A stretch of DNA of 64,000 nt from an uncultured Bacteriovoracaceae bacterium (GTDB lineage: Bacteria > Bdellovibrionota > Bacteriovoracia > Bacteriovoracales > Bacteriovoracaceae). A program made the translations under genes and the position numbers. This document shows, piece by piece, positions 29,407 to 39,131 of this stretch (positions are counted from its first letter, which is position 1; every line of letters starts with the position of its first letter). The notes under the pieces are model-generated. The model did no database searches. It was not told the origin of the DNA and saw only the letters and a list, made by a program, of their open reading frames with translations. The DNA is taken from positions 64,001-128,000 of the forward strand of contig CAXGUD010000006.1 in assembly GCA_964012805.1 (NCBI GenBank), given 5' to 3'.

Positions 29407-30402
29407 ATGGAATATAGATATTTAGGGAAGTCGGGTTTAAAAGTAAGTTCCCTTTCTTTTGGCTCTTGGGTTACTTTTTCCAACCAAGTTCAAACAGAAA
29501 GTGCCGTTGAAATGATGGCCATGAGCTATGATGCCGGAATTAACTTTTTTGATAACGCTGAAGTTTATGCTGATGGTGAATCAGAAGTAATCATGGGCGA
29601 TGCCCTTCAAAAGCTAGGCTGGGCGAGGGACACTTATTGTGTTTCAAGTAAGGTTTTTTGGGGAGGTCCGAAACCAACTCAAAGAGGCCTTTCTAGAAAG
29701 CATGTGAAAGAAGCATGCCATCAAGCTTTAAAAAGGCTCAAGGTTGATTACCTAGACCTCTACTTTTGTCATAGGCCGGATCAGGATACACCGATTGAAG
29801 AAACGGTTAGGGCCATGGACCAATTAATCCAAGAAGGAAAGGTTCTCTATTGGGGAACTTCAGAGTGGTCGGCAACAGAAATTCAAAAAGCTTATGGTGT
29901 TGCCAGAGAATACAACCTGACTCCTCCTACCATGGAGCAACCCCAGTACAATTTATTTCACAGGGAAAAAGTTGAAAAAGATTTTTTACCACTTTATGAA
30001 GAGGTTGGCCTTGGAACAACGATCTGGTCTCCTTTAGCGAGTGGAATTCTCACAGGTAAGTACTCTAATGGCATTCCTGATGGGAGCCGGGCCAGCTTAA
30101 GTGGTTTTGAGTGGATCAAGGATCAAATTTTATCTCCCAAGGGGCAAGATAAGGTAAAAAAGGCAAAACAATTGGAAGTAATCGCAAAAGAATTAGGTTG
30201 TAGTTTAACTCAGCTTTCTGTTGCCTGGTGTCTTAAAAGTCCTTTTGTTAGCACTGTTATTTTAGGAGCAAGCAAGGCCAGTCAGCTTTCAGAAACGATT
30301 GAGGCCTTAGAATTTCTTCCCAAATTAACGGATGATATTATGGAAAAAATAGAAGGGATTGTAGAGTCTAAGCCTAAACCAGTTATTGACTGGAAAGGTT
30401 AG
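29407..30402 (+). CDS. aldo/keto reductase (Kv beta-subunit-like)
   Basis: YRYLGKSGLKVS, FDNAEVY, DLYFCHRPD, YWGTSEWS, WSPLASG. Confidence 0.95.
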   Translation: MEYRYLGKSGLKVSSLSFGSWVTFSNQVQTESAVEMMAMSYDAGINFFDNAEVYADGESEVIMGDALQKLGWARDTYCVSSKVFWGGPKPTQRGLSRKHVKEACHQALKRLKVDYLDLYFCHRPDQDTPIEETVRAMDQLIQEGKVLYWGTSEWSATEIQKAYGVAREYNLTPPTMEQPQYNLFHREKVEKDFLPLYEEVGLGTTIWSPLASGILTGKYSNGIPDGSRASLSGFEWIKDQILSPKGQDKVKKAKQLEVIAKELGCSLTQLSVAWCLKSPFVSTVILGASKASQLSETIEALEFLPKLTDDIMEKIEGIVESKPKPVIDWKG

Positions 30403-30755
30403 TTTAAGGCATTCATGATATCTGAGTAAAGTGAATTTAGCTTGTCAATGCCGACGAGGCAAAAACCCATGGTCTTTGAAAACTCAAAGTCCTCAGGGGT
30501 TCCTTTTCGGCAAACAATGACAAGTCTGGTTTCATTTTTATCTGCCTCATCAAGGTATTGATCCAAGGTCTGTCCACCAGATTGAAGAAAATCCGTTGTG
30601 TTTGTCTTAGGAAGGCATACAATACCGTACTTTTTCCCTTCGAATGTTGTCTCAAAGTCCCATGTGGAGTTTTTTAGCCTTTGGTTTACGTCGTGATTAA
30701 ACTGTTTAAAAATTAGTGAGCATCTGGCAAGGAACTCTTTTTCTTTATCTGCCAT
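30399..30755 (-). CDS. hypothetical protein
   Basis: 118-aa ORF with GGAG RBS; 4-bp convergent overlap with the AKR gene. Confidence 0.6.
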   Translation of the reverse strand: MADKEKEFLARCSLIFKQFNHDVNQRLKNSTWDFETTFEGKKYGIVCLPKTNTTDFLQSGGQTLDQYLDEADKNETRLVIVCRKGTPEDFEFSKTMGFCLVGIDKLNSLYSDIMNALN

Positions 30756-30904
30756 AATAAATTCACTCCGGGTGTATTGTTATTTATGAAAATATCAAAA
30801 AATACTGCTTTTATAAAAGGGAGGAAGCTTTTGACTTCCTTTTTTTGATCATTTCTTTGAAAAAGTCTAATATTGAGGCATCTTTTTGTTGGAAAGGAGG
30901 AAAT

Positions 30905-31801
30905 GTGTCTTCAGATTCTATCTTAGAAGTTAAAGCGTTAAAAAAATATTTTGGCCAGGTTAAAGCAGTTGATGGAATTAGTTTAAAAATCAAAAAGGGT
31001 TTGTGCTTCGGGCTTTTAGGCCCAAATGGGGCAGGTAAGACGACGACAGTTGAAGTCATGGAAGGAGTAACTGGGCCAACGTCTGGTGTTATTTTATATA
31101 AAGGAAGCCCTCTATCTGACCATTACCGAGAAGAAATTGGAATCCAATTCCAAAAAACCTCCCTCCAAGATTACTTAAAGGTTAAGGAGGTTTTGGAGCT
31201 TTTTTCTAGTTTCTACGAAAAAACTCTTCCCTTAGAGCAAATTATAGAAGAATGCTCGTTAGGAGAACTCCTTCAAAGGGACCACCGGAAGCTTTCAGGC
31301 GGTCAGGCCCAAAGACTTCTTTTGGGACTCGCTCTTGTTAATGATCCGGAAGTTTTATTTTTAGATGAACCAACCACGGGGTTAGACCCTCAAGCGAGGA
31401 GAAATTTTTGGGACCTCATAAACCAAATTAAAAAGAGGAACAAAACAATTGTTCTCACGACCCACTATATGGAAGAAGCCTACGCCCTTTGCGATGAAAT
31501 TGCTATTATGGACAAGGGGAAGATATTACTGGAGGGGCCACCTATAAAGCTTCTCAAAGAACATTTTAATTCCATGGTCATTTCACTTCCAGAAAAGGAT
31601 TGTCCCAGCGAGTTACAGGGAGAGAAAAACCATCTTGTGGAGGGACCAATGGGTAATATGCTAGAAATTTTAACGGCTGACCCCAATGAAACATTTTCTC
31701 ATCTTTTGAAGTCTGGAGTTAACCTGCAAAACGTTCACCTAAGGCAAAAAAATCTGGAAGATCTTTTTCTTGAGATTACCGGAAGCGATTTAAGGGGATA
31801 A
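30905..31801 (+). CDS. ABC-2 exporter ATP-binding protein (probable GTG start 30905)
   Basis: GPNGAGKT, LSGGQ, LDEPTTGLD, TTHYMEEA; AGGAGG RBS before the GTG. Confidence 0.95.
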   Translation: MSSDSILEVKALKKYFGQVKAVDGISLKIKKGLCFGLLGPNGAGKTTTVEVMEGVTGPTSGVILYKGSPLSDHYREEIGIQFQKTSLQDYLKVKEVLELFSSFYEKTLPLEQIIEECSLGELLQRDHRKLSGGQAQRLLLGLALVNDPEVLFLDEPTTGLDPQARRNFWDLINQIKKRNKTIVLTTHYMEEAYALCDEIAIMDKGKILLEGPPIKLLKEHFNSMVISLPEKDCPSELQGEKNHLVEGPMGNMLEILTADPNETFSHLLKSGVNLQNVHLRQKNLEDLFLEITGSDLRG

Positions 31802-31804
31802 AAA

Positions 31805-32824
31805 ATGAAAAAAATTTGGGCCGTGATGATTGCGAGGCAAAAAGAATTCTATAGAGACCGTTCTTCGATGGGCTGGAATTTGGCCTTTCCCTTCTTTGTT
31901 GTTTTGGGCTTTGCCTTTGCCTTCTCAAATGGAGATCAAAAGCTCTATAAGGTTGGTTTAATGGGGGATTTTAAAAGCGAAAGAGTAAAAAAAATTTCTT
32001 TTTTTAAAACGAAATATGTGGAGTTTGTTGAAACTGAAAAAGGTGAAAAATCAGTTAAAAAGCTTAAGCATCATAAATTCGACCTTCTTCTATTAAATGA
32101 GGGTGGTGAGCTTTCTTATTGGACTAATAAAAGTTCTCCTAAAGGCTATTTTTTGGAGAAGATTCTTCTCAGTGACCTCAAAGATACCAAAATACCTTTT
32201 TTACGTCAGGAAGTTCAAGGAGAGGAGATTCGTTATGTTGATTGGCTAATACCCGGAATTTTATCAATGAATATGATGTTTAGTTCTCTCTTTGGAGTGG
32301 GGTATGTCATTGTAAGGTATAGAAAAAATGGGGTTTTAAGGAGGCTAAAGGCGACGCCTTTAAAAGCCTATGAGTTTTTGATGGCCCAAGTCTTGGCACG
32401 TTTAGTTATTTTGATGGTCATTTTCAATATTGTCCTTTTAGGCTGTTCCTTAATGGTCGATTTTAAAATAGAGGGTAGTTACCTCGATCTATTAATCGTT
32501 TTTTTCCTCGGCGGACTATGTTTAACATCATTTGGCCTTTTTATTGCGGCGAGGGTTCAAAGTGAGGAGTTTGCTGGTGGGCTTTTAAACCTCATTACTT
32601 GGCCTATGATGTTTCTATCAGGGGTTTGGTTCTCTCTTGAGGGAGCCCATCCTTTTATTCTCAAACTTTCCAAAATATTTCCTCTAACTCATATGAATGA
32701 GGCAGCAAGGGCCATTATAAATGAAGGAATGGGGCTTGGAGAGTTGACGACCCAGATGACCGCACTTCTCATCATGACTTTTATTTTTATTATCGGAGGG
32801 GCCCGTTTTTTTAAATGGGATTAA
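31805..32824 (+). CDS. ABC-2 exporter permease
   Basis: RYVDWLIPG, RRLKATP, PMMFLSG, FPLTH; six TM segments. Confidence 0.92.
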   Translation: MKKIWAVMIARQKEFYRDRSSMGWNLAFPFFVVLGFAFAFSNGDQKLYKVGLMGDFKSERVKKISFFKTKYVEFVETEKGEKSVKKLKHHKFDLLLLNEGGELSYWTNKSSPKGYFLEKILLSDLKDTKIPFLRQEVQGEEIRYVDWLIPGILSMNMMFSSLFGVGYVIVRYRKNGVLRRLKATPLKAYEFLMAQVLARLVILMVIFNIVLLGCSLMVDFKIEGSYLDLLIVFFLGGLCLTSFGLFIAARVQSEEFAGGLLNLITWPMMFLSGVWFSLEGAHPFILKLSKIFPLTHMNEAARAIINEGMGLGELTTQMTALLIMTFIFIIGGARFFKWD

Positions 32825-32837
32825 AGACTAGGAGGGC

Positions 32838-33224
32838 CTAGGCGGCCCTCAGGAATTTCTTTTCTTGTCTTTCGAGTTCTTCTTGTGCTTCAAGAGAGAG
32901 CCTTACCCAAGGCTGTTTTTCAAGTCTTTTTGTTTCAATAGGTTCGCCTGTCTCCTCACATATTCCATATCCGCCTTTTTCTATTTTTTCCAAGGCAATT
33001 TCAATATCATGAAGGGTTTTAATAGAAGACTTTTGCAAACTAAAGGATACATTCTGGTTGGTGTATATCTGAGCTTGGTCGCCATCTTCAATAGTGTCTT
33101 CTGTCTGAGCAATGACTTCAGTTTGGTAGTTTTCTTTCATCGTATTCATGACTCTCATTTTGTGCTTCAGAAGTTTCTCTTTTTGCCCCATGAGAAAGTC
33201 TTTAGAAAAAGCCATAGGCTCCAC
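32838..33224 (-). CDS. DksA/TraR family transcription factor, one-cysteine (zinc-independent type)
   Basis: Coiled-coil tip EDGDQA; IEIALEKIEKGGYGICEETGEPIETKRLEKQPWVRLSLEAQ. Confidence 0.88.
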   Translation of the reverse strand: MEPMAFSKDFLMGQKEKLLKHKMRVMNTMKENYQTEVIAQTEDTIEDGDQAQIYTNQNVSFSLQKSSIKTLHDIEIALEKIEKGGYGICEETGEPIETKRLEKQPWVRLSLEAQEELERQEKKFLRAA

Positions 33225-33473
33225 CCTTCTTTTCGTTATTAAAATTGAGTTGTTAAAAACTCACCTCATCATAATAATACAAAATAGTAATGTTTTGCAT
33301 AAAAAAGGGCGTCAACAATTTTGCTTTTAAGATGCTCTTAAATGTTGGTGGGAGGAACCTTTTACTTTCTTAAGTTTGTCTTTTGAATCAATTCAATAAA
33401 ATTAGTTTTCCCAAATTTTAAGTTTTTGATTTAATGAGATATTCTTTTGACCGAGTAAAAGAAAGTCATTGAT

Positions 33474-33827
33474 TTGTTAAGGAGGAAAGAGATGATTCAA
33501 AAACTAATCGTAATATTTACTTTATTCGTGATGAACCAATCTGTTGGGGCCCACGTGAACCCTGAGTATGCAAGAAAAAAGATTGGGTCAAATAAAGCAC
33601 TTAAAATTGCCACTTTGGAAATTAAAAGACTTGTGAGGGAGCAAAGAATTGGAACTTCTTGGTTAAGGGCGACTCATTTAAAAAGTGGGGTTAAGGAGTT
33701 TGGAGCTGAGAAGGAATGGGTTGTAACCTTTCAAAATAAAAATATTGAGGATAAAAAGAAGAAAAAGCTTTATGTATTTATCAATATTTTCGGTGACTTT
33801 GTTGCCGCAAATTTTACTGGCCGTTAG
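33474..33827 (+). CDS. DUF6488-like secreted protein
   Basis: Signal peptide ending AH; EWVVTFQN...LYVFINIFGDFVAANFTG. Confidence 0.65.
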   Translation: MLRRKEMIQKLIVIFTLFVMNQSVGAHVNPEYARKKIGSNKALKIATLEIKRLVREQRIGTSWLRATHLKSGVKEFGAEKEWVVTFQNKNIEDKKKKKLYVFINIFGDFVAANFTGR

Positions 33828-34714
33828 GGGAAAAGAATCTCAAGTCCTTTTTCTCCCTTTTTTGAAGCCGCCTCTTTAGGGTTGAGTCCCTGGTTATTTT
33901 TGGCCAGAGGATCAGCTCCTTTCTTGAGGAGGTATTTAATATTTTCGTATCTTTTTCCATAAACTGCGTAGTGAAGGGCCGAGTTTCCTTTTGCATCCTT
34001 GTAATTAATATTGAGCCCTTTTCCTAAAAGGTAACGGAGGGTTTCTACTGTGGCCCTCTTGGCAGCACTTAAAAGAGATCCATCTTTAATTTCTGGGACT
34101 TTATGGGGAAAGACTGATTTGTATAGCGGATCCTTTTTTACGCGCGTATCTTTTATTTGGCTTTCTAAAATTGATTTTACAGTAGCTCCTTTTTTTAGTT
34201 CTGGCGGTAATTCCTTCAGTTCAAAAGGAGAAGGGCCTTGAGAGACAATCATATCTTTCAAATCATCTGGTGTATCAATTTCAAATTTACTATTTTCGCC
34301 AGAGTTTTCATTTTCAAGGTCTTGCAGGAGTTCTTCATCAGTTGCTTCTCCTTCAATATCAGCGAGTGTCTCTTCTTTTTTATCTTCGGCTTTTTCAGGG
34401 GCTTCTTCTGTAAGGGCCTTAAACTCAGCTTCTTCATCATCTTCTTCAACTTCCTCTAAAAAACTTTCAGCTGACTCGACAGAAGCTGGGCCACGGCCTC
34501 TTTTCTCACCAGTTTTTTGGATTCTTTCTTGGTATTTAAGAAGAAGAGCAGAGGAAGAGTGAAGTTCAGGGGCTGACTTTGAGTCAAGAGAGGTGACCTC
34601 ATCTCTAAACTGTCCACTATCGCCCTTTTTAATTTTTGAAGGAGTCGAACATCCACCGATAAATATAGTCAAGCTTATGATACTTAAAAAGGATGGTCTC
34701 AATTTAATTTTCAT
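33824..34714 (-). CDS. lipoprotein with acidic linker and C-terminal ankyrin repeats
   Basis: Lipobox IGGC; E/D-rich linker; GLNINYKDAKGNSALHYA, GADPLAKN. Confidence 0.8.
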   Translation of the reverse strand: MKIKLRPSFLSIISLTIFIGGCSTPSKIKKGDSGQFRDEVTSLDSKSAPELHSSSALLLKYQERIQKTGEKRGRGPASVESAESFLEEVEEDDEEAEFKALTEEAPEKAEDKKEETLADIEGEATDEELLQDLENENSGENSKFEIDTPDDLKDMIVSQGPSPFELKELPPELKKGATVKSILESQIKDTRVKKDPLYKSVFPHKVPEIKDGSLLSAAKRATVETLRYLLGKGLNINYKDAKGNSALHYAVYGKRYENIKYLLKKGADPLAKNNQGLNPKEAASKKGEKGLEILFP

Positions 34715-34721
34715 GATGAAC

Positions 34722-34748
34722 CTGTCGGGGGGCCCTAAAAAAACTTGA
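34722..34748 (-). promoter_or_regulatory. sigma-28-like promoter
   Basis: Minus strand TCAAGTTT-N11-CCCGACAG immediately before the ATG at 34714. Confidence 0.55.
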
Positions 34749-34818
34749 GCTTTTTAGATCTAATCTAATTGAAAGGCGAAATTGAAGAGTCTACAATGTT
34801 AGCCTGGAGGTTAGGCAA

Positions 34819-36306
34819 TTGATAAAAAAACTCTGGATTTTTTCACCATTTCTCCTTTTATTTCTCTTACATCTTTGGACTGCTTCGGTGGTCAAGGCCC
34901 AAACGAAACCTGTTCCCCTAGGTCAAAAAAGCCTCACTTTACCTCTCAAAGTTAAATTAACTCTTAAGGATGCCATTGGCTTAGGGCTTAAGTATAGCTT
35001 CGAAGTTAAAGAGCAAAAGAATGGGGATCAAGTCAGAGAGCTAAACTATAAGGCAAAAAAGAGAAGTTTGTCTTTACCTCAAATTAACATTTATGCCCAA
35101 AATACTTTATCGCATAGCCTTTTAAGAACCAAAAGCAGTGATGGAACGACAGGCCTCAAATTTCCTGATGAAGAAACAGATGTTAGGAGTGAGATGGCCA
35201 ATATTGGTGGAATAGGACTTGAAATTAGTGAATTCACCCTCTTCGATTTTGGTAAAGATGATGACCTTTTAAAAGGAGCAGGTTTCGATTTAAAAAAGGG
35301 TCAATTAAAATCTAAGACTTTTTATATGAATTATAAGTTTCGAATTTCTAGGGAGTATTTCCGCCTTCAAAACTCTTTTGAAGATATTGGATTGGCCCAG
35401 AAAGAGATAGAGTTAACCAAAGAAGTTTATGAGCTGACCAAGAAAAAAAAGGGAGGTGGCCAAGCGGGGGGACTCGAGTACCTTTTTGCAAAAAGTGAAT
35501 TCATAGAAGCTAAGAGAAAAAAGAAGGACGCTAGAAGGCTTTATTACAGAAAGCTTTTTCTTTTTAACTTCTTGTTGGGGCAACCGCTTCAACAGGACTA
35601 TAAATTGGCCTCAAAAGTTGAATACAGACCTCTTAAAGTAACCCTGAAGGAACTTTTAAAATGGATAGAGGTGGCACCTTCCCTCACTGAAGCCAAGATC
35701 AATTTAAACCACTCTAAACTTAATCTGAGAACAACTTGGAAGGAGCTGATGCCTTTCCCTAAGGTTAGCTTGAGTGGGTTGCGTTATGGTCATGGTTATG
35801 GGACGGATGGAGCTGGAACTGTTTCTCAATTTATTGGTTCCAGCTCACCTAGCAATTTTGATCTTCGTGTTGCTCTAAACCTTACAGTACCTCTAGTTGG
35901 TGAAAAGGGATTTTTTAATAGGTTCGGTGTTCAAAGCGCTGAACTAGAGGTCAAAAGTGCAGAAAATCAAGTTAAAATGGCAAGGATGAAGGCCCAAGGA
36001 GAAGTTATTGGGAAATATAACGATATTATCGCCCATGAAGATGCTATTGAGGGCTTTAAGGAAGCGATTGATAACTCTTCTCTGTTGTTAGATGAAGCTT
36101 TTAAGGCCTTCCGCAAGGGGAGGGTCAAAGTGTCACAAATGAGAGAGGCCCTAAATCGAAAGACCTCTTCCCTTAAGGATTATAAGGAAGCTATTTTAAA
36201 CCACTTGGAAGGAAAAATGGCTTTAGCCACAGCTATCGGGATGGAGAATCCATTTGGTGAAAATGGTTCGGAAAATGATAAAAAGGGAGGAGCTAATGAG
36301 GATTAA
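34819..36306 (+). CDS. TolC family outer membrane efflux protein
   Basis: Signal peptide, LTLKDAI, LPQI, two OEP-like repeats with long helices. Confidence 0.8.
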   Translation: MIKKLWIFSPFLLLFLLHLWTASVVKAQTKPVPLGQKSLTLPLKVKLTLKDAIGLGLKYSFEVKEQKNGDQVRELNYKAKKRSLSLPQINIYAQNTLSHSLLRTKSSDGTTGLKFPDEETDVRSEMANIGGIGLEISEFTLFDFGKDDDLLKGAGFDLKKGQLKSKTFYMNYKFRISREYFRLQNSFEDIGLAQKEIELTKEVYELTKKKKGGGQAGGLEYLFAKSEFIEAKRKKKDARRLYYRKLFLFNFLLGQPLQQDYKLASKVEYRPLKVTLKELLKWIEVAPSLTEAKINLNHSKLNLRTTWKELMPFPKVSLSGLRYGHGYGTDGAGTVSQFIGSSSPSNFDLRVALNLTVPLVGEKGFFNRFGVQSAELEVKSAENQVKMARMKAQGEVIGKYNDIIAHEDAIEGFKEAIDNSSLLLDEAFKAFRKGRVKVSQMREALNRKTSSLKDYKEAILNHLEGKMALATAIGMENPFGENGSENDKKGGANED

Positions 36307-37114
36307 AGGAGGAAACACCTTATTTATTTGTATCTTTTTGATGGCCTTTTTCTTTTCAAGCTTTGGTTTTACCCAAACTTTAAAAGAAGAAAAAGAGGTA
36401 GAAAATAGTGAGAGTAAGTGGTTTATGGCACCCTTTAAAACTCACCGGTACTCTTTGGAACCTTCTTTAGTGAGCGAAGTGGGAAGTGTTGATGCTGCTG
36501 GCGCGATTATTGGAGTTGGGGCCAAGTTACGCTCTCTTTATAGCTATCGATCCTACTTTGGCGGTCTTGAATACTCTTTTTTACCACTGAATGTAGGTGG
36601 ATCTAACTCAAACACCAATTTTAAAAAGAAGTCGGGTCATACAGGTTCTAGGGATACCCTTAGTGCTCTTTTTGGACTGTTTTTAAGAAACGGAAACCTT
36701 CGCCTTCACGGTGCTTTTCATATCCTTAATAGAATGAAATTATCCTCTGTTTCTTATGATGCTTCTGTTAAATATCAATTTTATAAAGATGACTTAACAG
36801 TTTCATCAAGCGATGAATTGGCCAATAAGTCTTACACAGAAGACACTGTGTTTGCGGGATCTGGATATGAAATGGGGCTATCTTTTAATCTTCTTAAAAG
36901 GGTAGCGTTAAATGTGTCTTTGGCACGTTATAATTATAAAAGAGAAATGGCGGTTACAAAGGAAAAAGCTTGGTTTGAGGCCAATTTAAATAATGATAAG
37001 TATAAGTCAGGAACCTTAGAGAGAGTGAATAATTTGCCAAAGGAGCTCAATGTGACGAGTTTAAGCGTTGGTATCAGTGTTCCGCTTTATTTTACTTTCC
37101 TTAATGTCAATTGA
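36254..37114 (+). CDS. probable outer-membrane beta-barrel protein (start likely ATG 36296)
   Basis: Signal peptide; amphipathic beta strands; SLSVGISVPL near the C-terminus. Confidence 0.6.
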   Translation: MVKMVRKMIKREELMRIKGGNTLFICIFLMAFFFSSFGFTQTLKEEKEVENSESKWFMAPFKTHRYSLEPSLVSEVGSVDAAGAIIGVGAKLRSLYSYRSYFGGLEYSFLPLNVGGSNSNTNFKKKSGHTGSRDTLSALFGLFLRNGNLRLHGAFHILNRMKLSSVSYDASVKYQFYKDDLTVSSSDELANKSYTEDTVFAGSGYEMGLSFNLLKRVALNVSLARYNYKREMAVTKEKAWFEANLNNDKYKSGTLERVNNLPKELNVTSLSVGISVPLYFTFLNVN

Positions 37115-37561
37115 GTCCATCATATTGTTAAAAGAGGTTGCCATCTCGCTAAACTCTTCGCTTTCTTTAAATAAAAGTCGGACTTCTTTATCACCTTTTC
37201 TGACCTTTTCCATTGCATTTTTCATTTTGCAAATAGGCCCAGCAACTCGGTGAGAAAGGAAGATTCCAAAAAAGAAGATAAGGATAAGAAAAAGGAGGCT
37301 AAAAGCAACAAACTGAATCCTAAATTGATCGAGTTCAAGCCAGAGATGACTTTTAACGGCATCATCCATAGGAGAAGAAGTGACTAGGATTTCGTAATTT
37401 TCTTTCATTTGTCCATCTATCAAAAGGCCATAGATTGTCACCATTATAATCCCTGGCAGAAGAGAAAATGAGGCGATCTTTAACTGAAAAGTCGGATTAA
37501 TAAGAAAACTGGAAAGGCTTTTCTTTGATTGTTTTTGATTCATGAGGTAGGACCTTTGCAA
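37061..37561 (-). CDS. two-TM HAMP-domain membrane protein
   Basis: FLINPTFQLK, SHRVAGP, DKEVRLLF..EEFSEMATSFNNM. Confidence 0.75.
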   Translation of the reverse strand: MQRSYLMNQKQSKKSLSSFLINPTFQLKIASFSLLPGIIMVTIYGLLIDGQMKENYEILVTSSPMDDAVKSHLWLELDQFRIQFVAFSLLFLILIFFFGIFLSHRVAGPICKMKNAMEKVRKGDKEVRLLFKESEEFSEMATSFNNMMDSIDIKESKIKRNTDTNA

Positions 37562-37875
37562 CTTTTTCGATGCAGCTTTTCTTTTAAAGATTTTTTTCTC
37601 AAATTAAGAGTTTTTGACCTTACTTGGATAACCTCAAGGTTTGAGGAAATCTTAAGTTTTGCCTTGAAATCACTTTTATATTTATAAAAAAGGGATTCGT
37701 TTTCTTTTTTTAGCTTTTTAAGCCTTTCGAGCTTTTTAGTAATGACTTGAAACTCTTTTTTTTGCGCTATGCATTCTTTTTTTGTGATCGAAGCTTGAAC
37801 TGGAACTTTTGCTTCGGAAAAAATGACGAAGATGATCGGAGCAAGGGCCATTAATAAGCTTGGAAAGAATTTCAT
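37540..37875 (-). CDS. hypothetical secreted coiled-coil protein
   Basis: Signal peptide, Lys-rich helix flanked by two Cys. Confidence 0.55.
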   Translation of the reverse strand: MKFFPSLLMALAPIIFVIFSEAKVPVQASITKKECIAQKKEFQVITKKLERLKKLKKENESLFYKYKSDFKAKLKISSNLEVIQVRSKTLNLRKKSLKEKLHRKSCKGPTS

Positions 37876-37956
37876 TCGTTTATTGTAAAAGTCTTTTAAA
37901 AAGAGGTTTAGTCGGCAAGAGATGTGCTTTTTTGTGTGGCGCGTTTTTATTGAGGT

Positions 37957-38496
37957 TTGAAAAAGGGCGAGGCCTTTGATAAGAGAGGCGCTATGCTAAG
38001 TGAACAGGATTATCAAACAGTTAAACGTCAACTCGGTCGCGCTCCTAGAGGGGCCAAGCGAGTGGTTTGTTATGGGAAAGCAAAAGGCGAGCCTCAGGTG
38101 ATTGAGGTCCATCCTCTTGTTGAGGGGAAGCCCTTTCCATCACTTTTTTGGTTAACCTGCCCTAGGCTGCATAAGGCCATCGCGAAAATTGAACAGACGG
38201 CTTGGATTAAGCACCTTGAAAACAAATTAATTCCTGAGGATCCGAATTTAAAAGAGCAGCTTAAGAAGGATCATTTGCGATACCAAGAGTTGAGGTGGAC
38301 AAAACTAACCGAGGATGAAAAAAACTCATTGAGTAATGTCCCTTACTTGGAAAGCCTCAGAAACACTGGCATTGGCGGAGTTCGAGACTTTTCAAGAGTC
38401 CGTTGCCTCCATATGCACTACGCCCATCACCTTGCCGAGAAAAATGTTATTGGGGAGCTTATGGATCAGGAGTTTCAAACATACCTTTACCTTTAA
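37957..38496 (+). CDS. DUF501 family protein (start likely ATG 37993)
   Basis: QLGRAPRG, PFPSLFWLTCP, GIGG, RCLHMHYAH. Confidence 0.9.
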   Translation: MKKGEAFDKRGAMLSEQDYQTVKRQLGRAPRGAKRVVCYGKAKGEPQVIEVHPLVEGKPFPSLFWLTCPRLHKAIAKIEQTAWIKHLENKLIPEDPNLKEQLKKDHLRYQELRWTKLTEDEKNSLSNVPYLESLRNTGIGGVRDFSRVRCLHMHYAHHLAEKNVIGELMDQEFQTYLYL

Positions 38497-38506
38497 AGAG
38501 GTATTG

Positions 38507-39061
38507 TTAGTCTTCTATAGGTTTATTCTTTAAAAATTTGTCTCTTTCATTTTTGGAATAGGCTTTTCGAATGGTTGTATCGTCGTAAAGGGGAACCCTT
38601 ATTGTATTTTTAGGCTCGCCCATAATTCTAAAAACAATATTTTGAGCAATTTCAAACTTTTTTAAGACGAGGTAATTTAAGTTTGTAATAAAAATGCCGT
38701 AGATAACTGGGTCCTTTTCAAAGACTTCCTGAAGAACCTTATAGGGAACTTCCAGGACCTTTGTATTTTCCTGGACAGTTAACATCTCTGTTTTTTCCAT
38801 TTCTGAGAAGAGAAAATGTTCTCCGTAAAACCCACCTTTTCCTAGAACTTGGATATCTTTTAAACCTTCTGGTGTATCTCTTGTGATTGTTATTTTCCCT
38901 TCTAGGACTGTAAAAAGGTAATTAATATTATCGGCTTCTCCATAAATAGTTTCCCCTTTGTGGTACTCGCTGACCCGGCAGTGCATGAAGTGTTTTTCCA
39001 TTTCTTCTTGATGAATATCATAAAAGAGTGGGCAAGTACTCAAGGTCTTCCAAAGAGACAT
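38507..39061 (-). CDS. cyclic nucleotide-binding domain protein
   Basis: CPLF, GETIYGE, LEGKITI, LGKGGFYGE. Confidence 0.8.
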   Translation of the reverse strand: MSLWKTLSTCPLFYDIHQEEMEKHFMHCRVSEYHKGETIYGEADNINYLFTVLEGKITITRDTPEGLKDIQVLGKGGFYGEHFLFSEMEKTEMLTVQENTKVLEVPYKVLQEVFEKDPVIYGIFITNLNYLVLKKFEIAQNIVFRIMGEPKNTIRVPLYDDTTIRKAYSKNERDKFLKNKPIED

Positions 39062-39131
39062 GGTGATTCCTCTATTAAGTCAAAACTAAAAAATTTATTA
39101 TAGCATTAGTTGGGTTAGTCTGCTTGGTCGA

